Positions 63,025 through 64,000 of a stretch of DNA of 64,000 bases are shown piece by piece; within the stretch, counting starts at the first letter, position 1; the number at the start of each line of letters is the position of its first letter. Under the pieces are notes generated by a model. It searched no databases. It was not told the origin of the DNA and saw only the letters and a list, made by a program, of their open reading frames with translations. This stretch comes from an uncultured bacterium (GTDB taxonomy: Bacteria > Verrucomicrobiota > Verrucomicrobiia > Limisphaerales > J093): NCBI GenBank assembly GCA_963735925.1, contig CAVTMT010000009.1, positions 283,767 to 347,766 of the forward strand, written 5' to 3'. Both the position numbers and the translations under genes were made by a program.

Positions 63025-63711
63025 TTGCTCGAAGTTTCGCGACTTCACTACATTCGCGCCGTGCCAACGTGGGTCTTTTTCGCAGTCGCTCTGGCCGGCT
63101 ATTTGCTGGGGAGCCTGCCCACCGGTTATCTGGTGGCCCGCTCGCGAGGCGTGGACATACGTGCGGTGGGCAGCGGCAACATCGGGGCAACCAATGCGTT
63201 TCGCGTTCTCGGCAAGGCGGCCGGGAGTCTGGTGCTCGGCGTGGACGCGCTGAAGGGGGCCCTGGCGTGCTGGGGTCTGCCGTTGGCGGCCGCGCGGCTG
63301 GGCTCCGGCGCGGACCTGTGGACCGGGCTCGAGGAACTGGCGGTCACGGCCGGCGTGGCCGCGATTCTCGGCCATAATTACCCGTGCTGGCTGCGGTTCA
63401 AAGGCGGCAAAGGTATCGCGACCTCGGCCGGCGTCTTGCTGGTCCTCATGCCGGCGGCGCTGGCCGTGTGCCTGGGCTTGTGGCTGCTCGTATTTGCCCT
63501 GAGCCGCTACGTTTCGCTGGCTTCGCTCGCCGCCGCCGCGGCGCTGCCGTTCGCGGTCTGGGGGACGCGCGGGAGCCGCCTGCTGATCGGCGTGGCGTGC
63601 ATCCTCAGCGCGATGGCGATCTACAAACATCGGGCCAACGTTCAACGGTTGTTGGCCGGCACGGAGCATCGTGTCAGTCGCTCGGGGACGGCTTCGCAAT
63701 CGAAATCATGA
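63025..63711 (+). CDS. plsY: glycerol-3-phosphate acyltransferase PlsY
   Basis: YLLGSLPTGY, GSGNIGATNAFR and HNYPCWLRFKGGKGIATSAG. The true start may be GTG 63061. Confidence 0.92.
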   Translation: MLEVSRLHYIRAVPTWVFFAVALAGYLLGSLPTGYLVARSRGVDIRAVGSGNIGATNAFRVLGKAAGSLVLGVDALKGALACWGLPLAAARLGSGADLWTGLEELAVTAGVAAILGHNYPCWLRFKGGKGIATSAGVLLVLMPAALAVCLGLWLLVFALSRYVSLASLAAAAALPFAVWGTRGSRLLIGVACILSAMAIYKHRANVQRLLAGTEHRVSRSGTASQSKS

Positions 63712-64000
63712 AAATCGCCATTCTCGGCGCCGGGGCCTGGGGGACCGCGATCGCCCGGCTGTTGCGCGCGGACGGACACGAACTCGTGCTCTGGGACCAT
63801 GACCGGGCCAACTTGCACCGGTTGGTTCAGTCGGGGCGCAACGAGAAATACCTGCCCGGTGTGGAAATCGGCCCGGGCCTGCGCGCCGTGGATTCGCCGG
63901 GTGAAGCTTGGCCCGATGCCGGGTGCGTCGTGGTGGCGGTACCGTCGAAGGCGTTCCGCGAAGTCACCCAGTCGCTGGCGGCGTATCGCGGCGTGGTGGT
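63708..64000 (+). CDS. gpsA: NAD(P)H-dependent glycerol-3-phosphate dehydrogenase, N-terminal part (runs off the window)
   Basis: MKIAILGAGAWGTAIA Rossmann start and NEKYLPGV. ATGA overlap with plsY. Confidence 0.9.
   Translation, partial: MKIAILGAGAWGTAIARLLRADGHELVLWDHDRANLHRLVQSGRNEKYLPGVEIGPGLRAVDSPGEAWPDAGCVVVAVPSKAFREVTQSLAAYRGVV

Overview
This is a GC-rich bacterial chromosomal window. The gene content suggests the PVC superphylum (Verrucomicrobiota/Planctomycetota-like): a Tat-signal DUF1501 protein paired with a giant PSCyt/DUF1549/DUF1553 protein, secreted glycoside-hydrolase-like proteins and several FtsX-type permeases. That placement is an inference from family distribution only; no search was run. 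I call about 50 intact protein genes, mostly housekeeping. They include dnaE, pdxA with a SurA-like PPIase, bioB, rdgB, queA, plsY, the 5' end of gpsA, a LolD/LolE-like pair and a fused indolepyruvate:ferredoxin oxidoreductase. There is one tRNA-Leu(UAA). Several accessory or decaying elements sit on this core. (1) A 1.8 kb scar at 4.75-6.56 kb holds a tRNA-Arg(CCU) cut off at the anticodon loop, a frameshifted integrase N-terminal relic, tandem direct repeats and two orphan ORFs. (2) A ParE-like toxin/antitoxin pair. (3) A beta-helix/CBM6-like gene broken by roughly ten frame changes. (4) An IS200/RAYT-type Y1 transposase bracketed by 18-bp inverted repeats; one repeat encodes the last codons of the oxidoreductase. 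(5) A CBM9-like relic with a poly-C frameshift. (6) A second integrase relic next to an anticodon-arm look-alike hairpin. The best candidates for uncharacterised biology are a translationally coupled fatty-acid desaturase + B12-binding radical SAM pair, the DUF1501/PSCyt pair, and the orphan ORFs in the scar. I found no CRISPR array, rRNA or obvious prophage, and I cannot point to one clearly novel multi-gene system with confidence. All calls rest on by-eye motif recognition and the supplied ORF track, and start codons are often uncertain. The many long antisense ORFs are treated as artefacts of high GC content.
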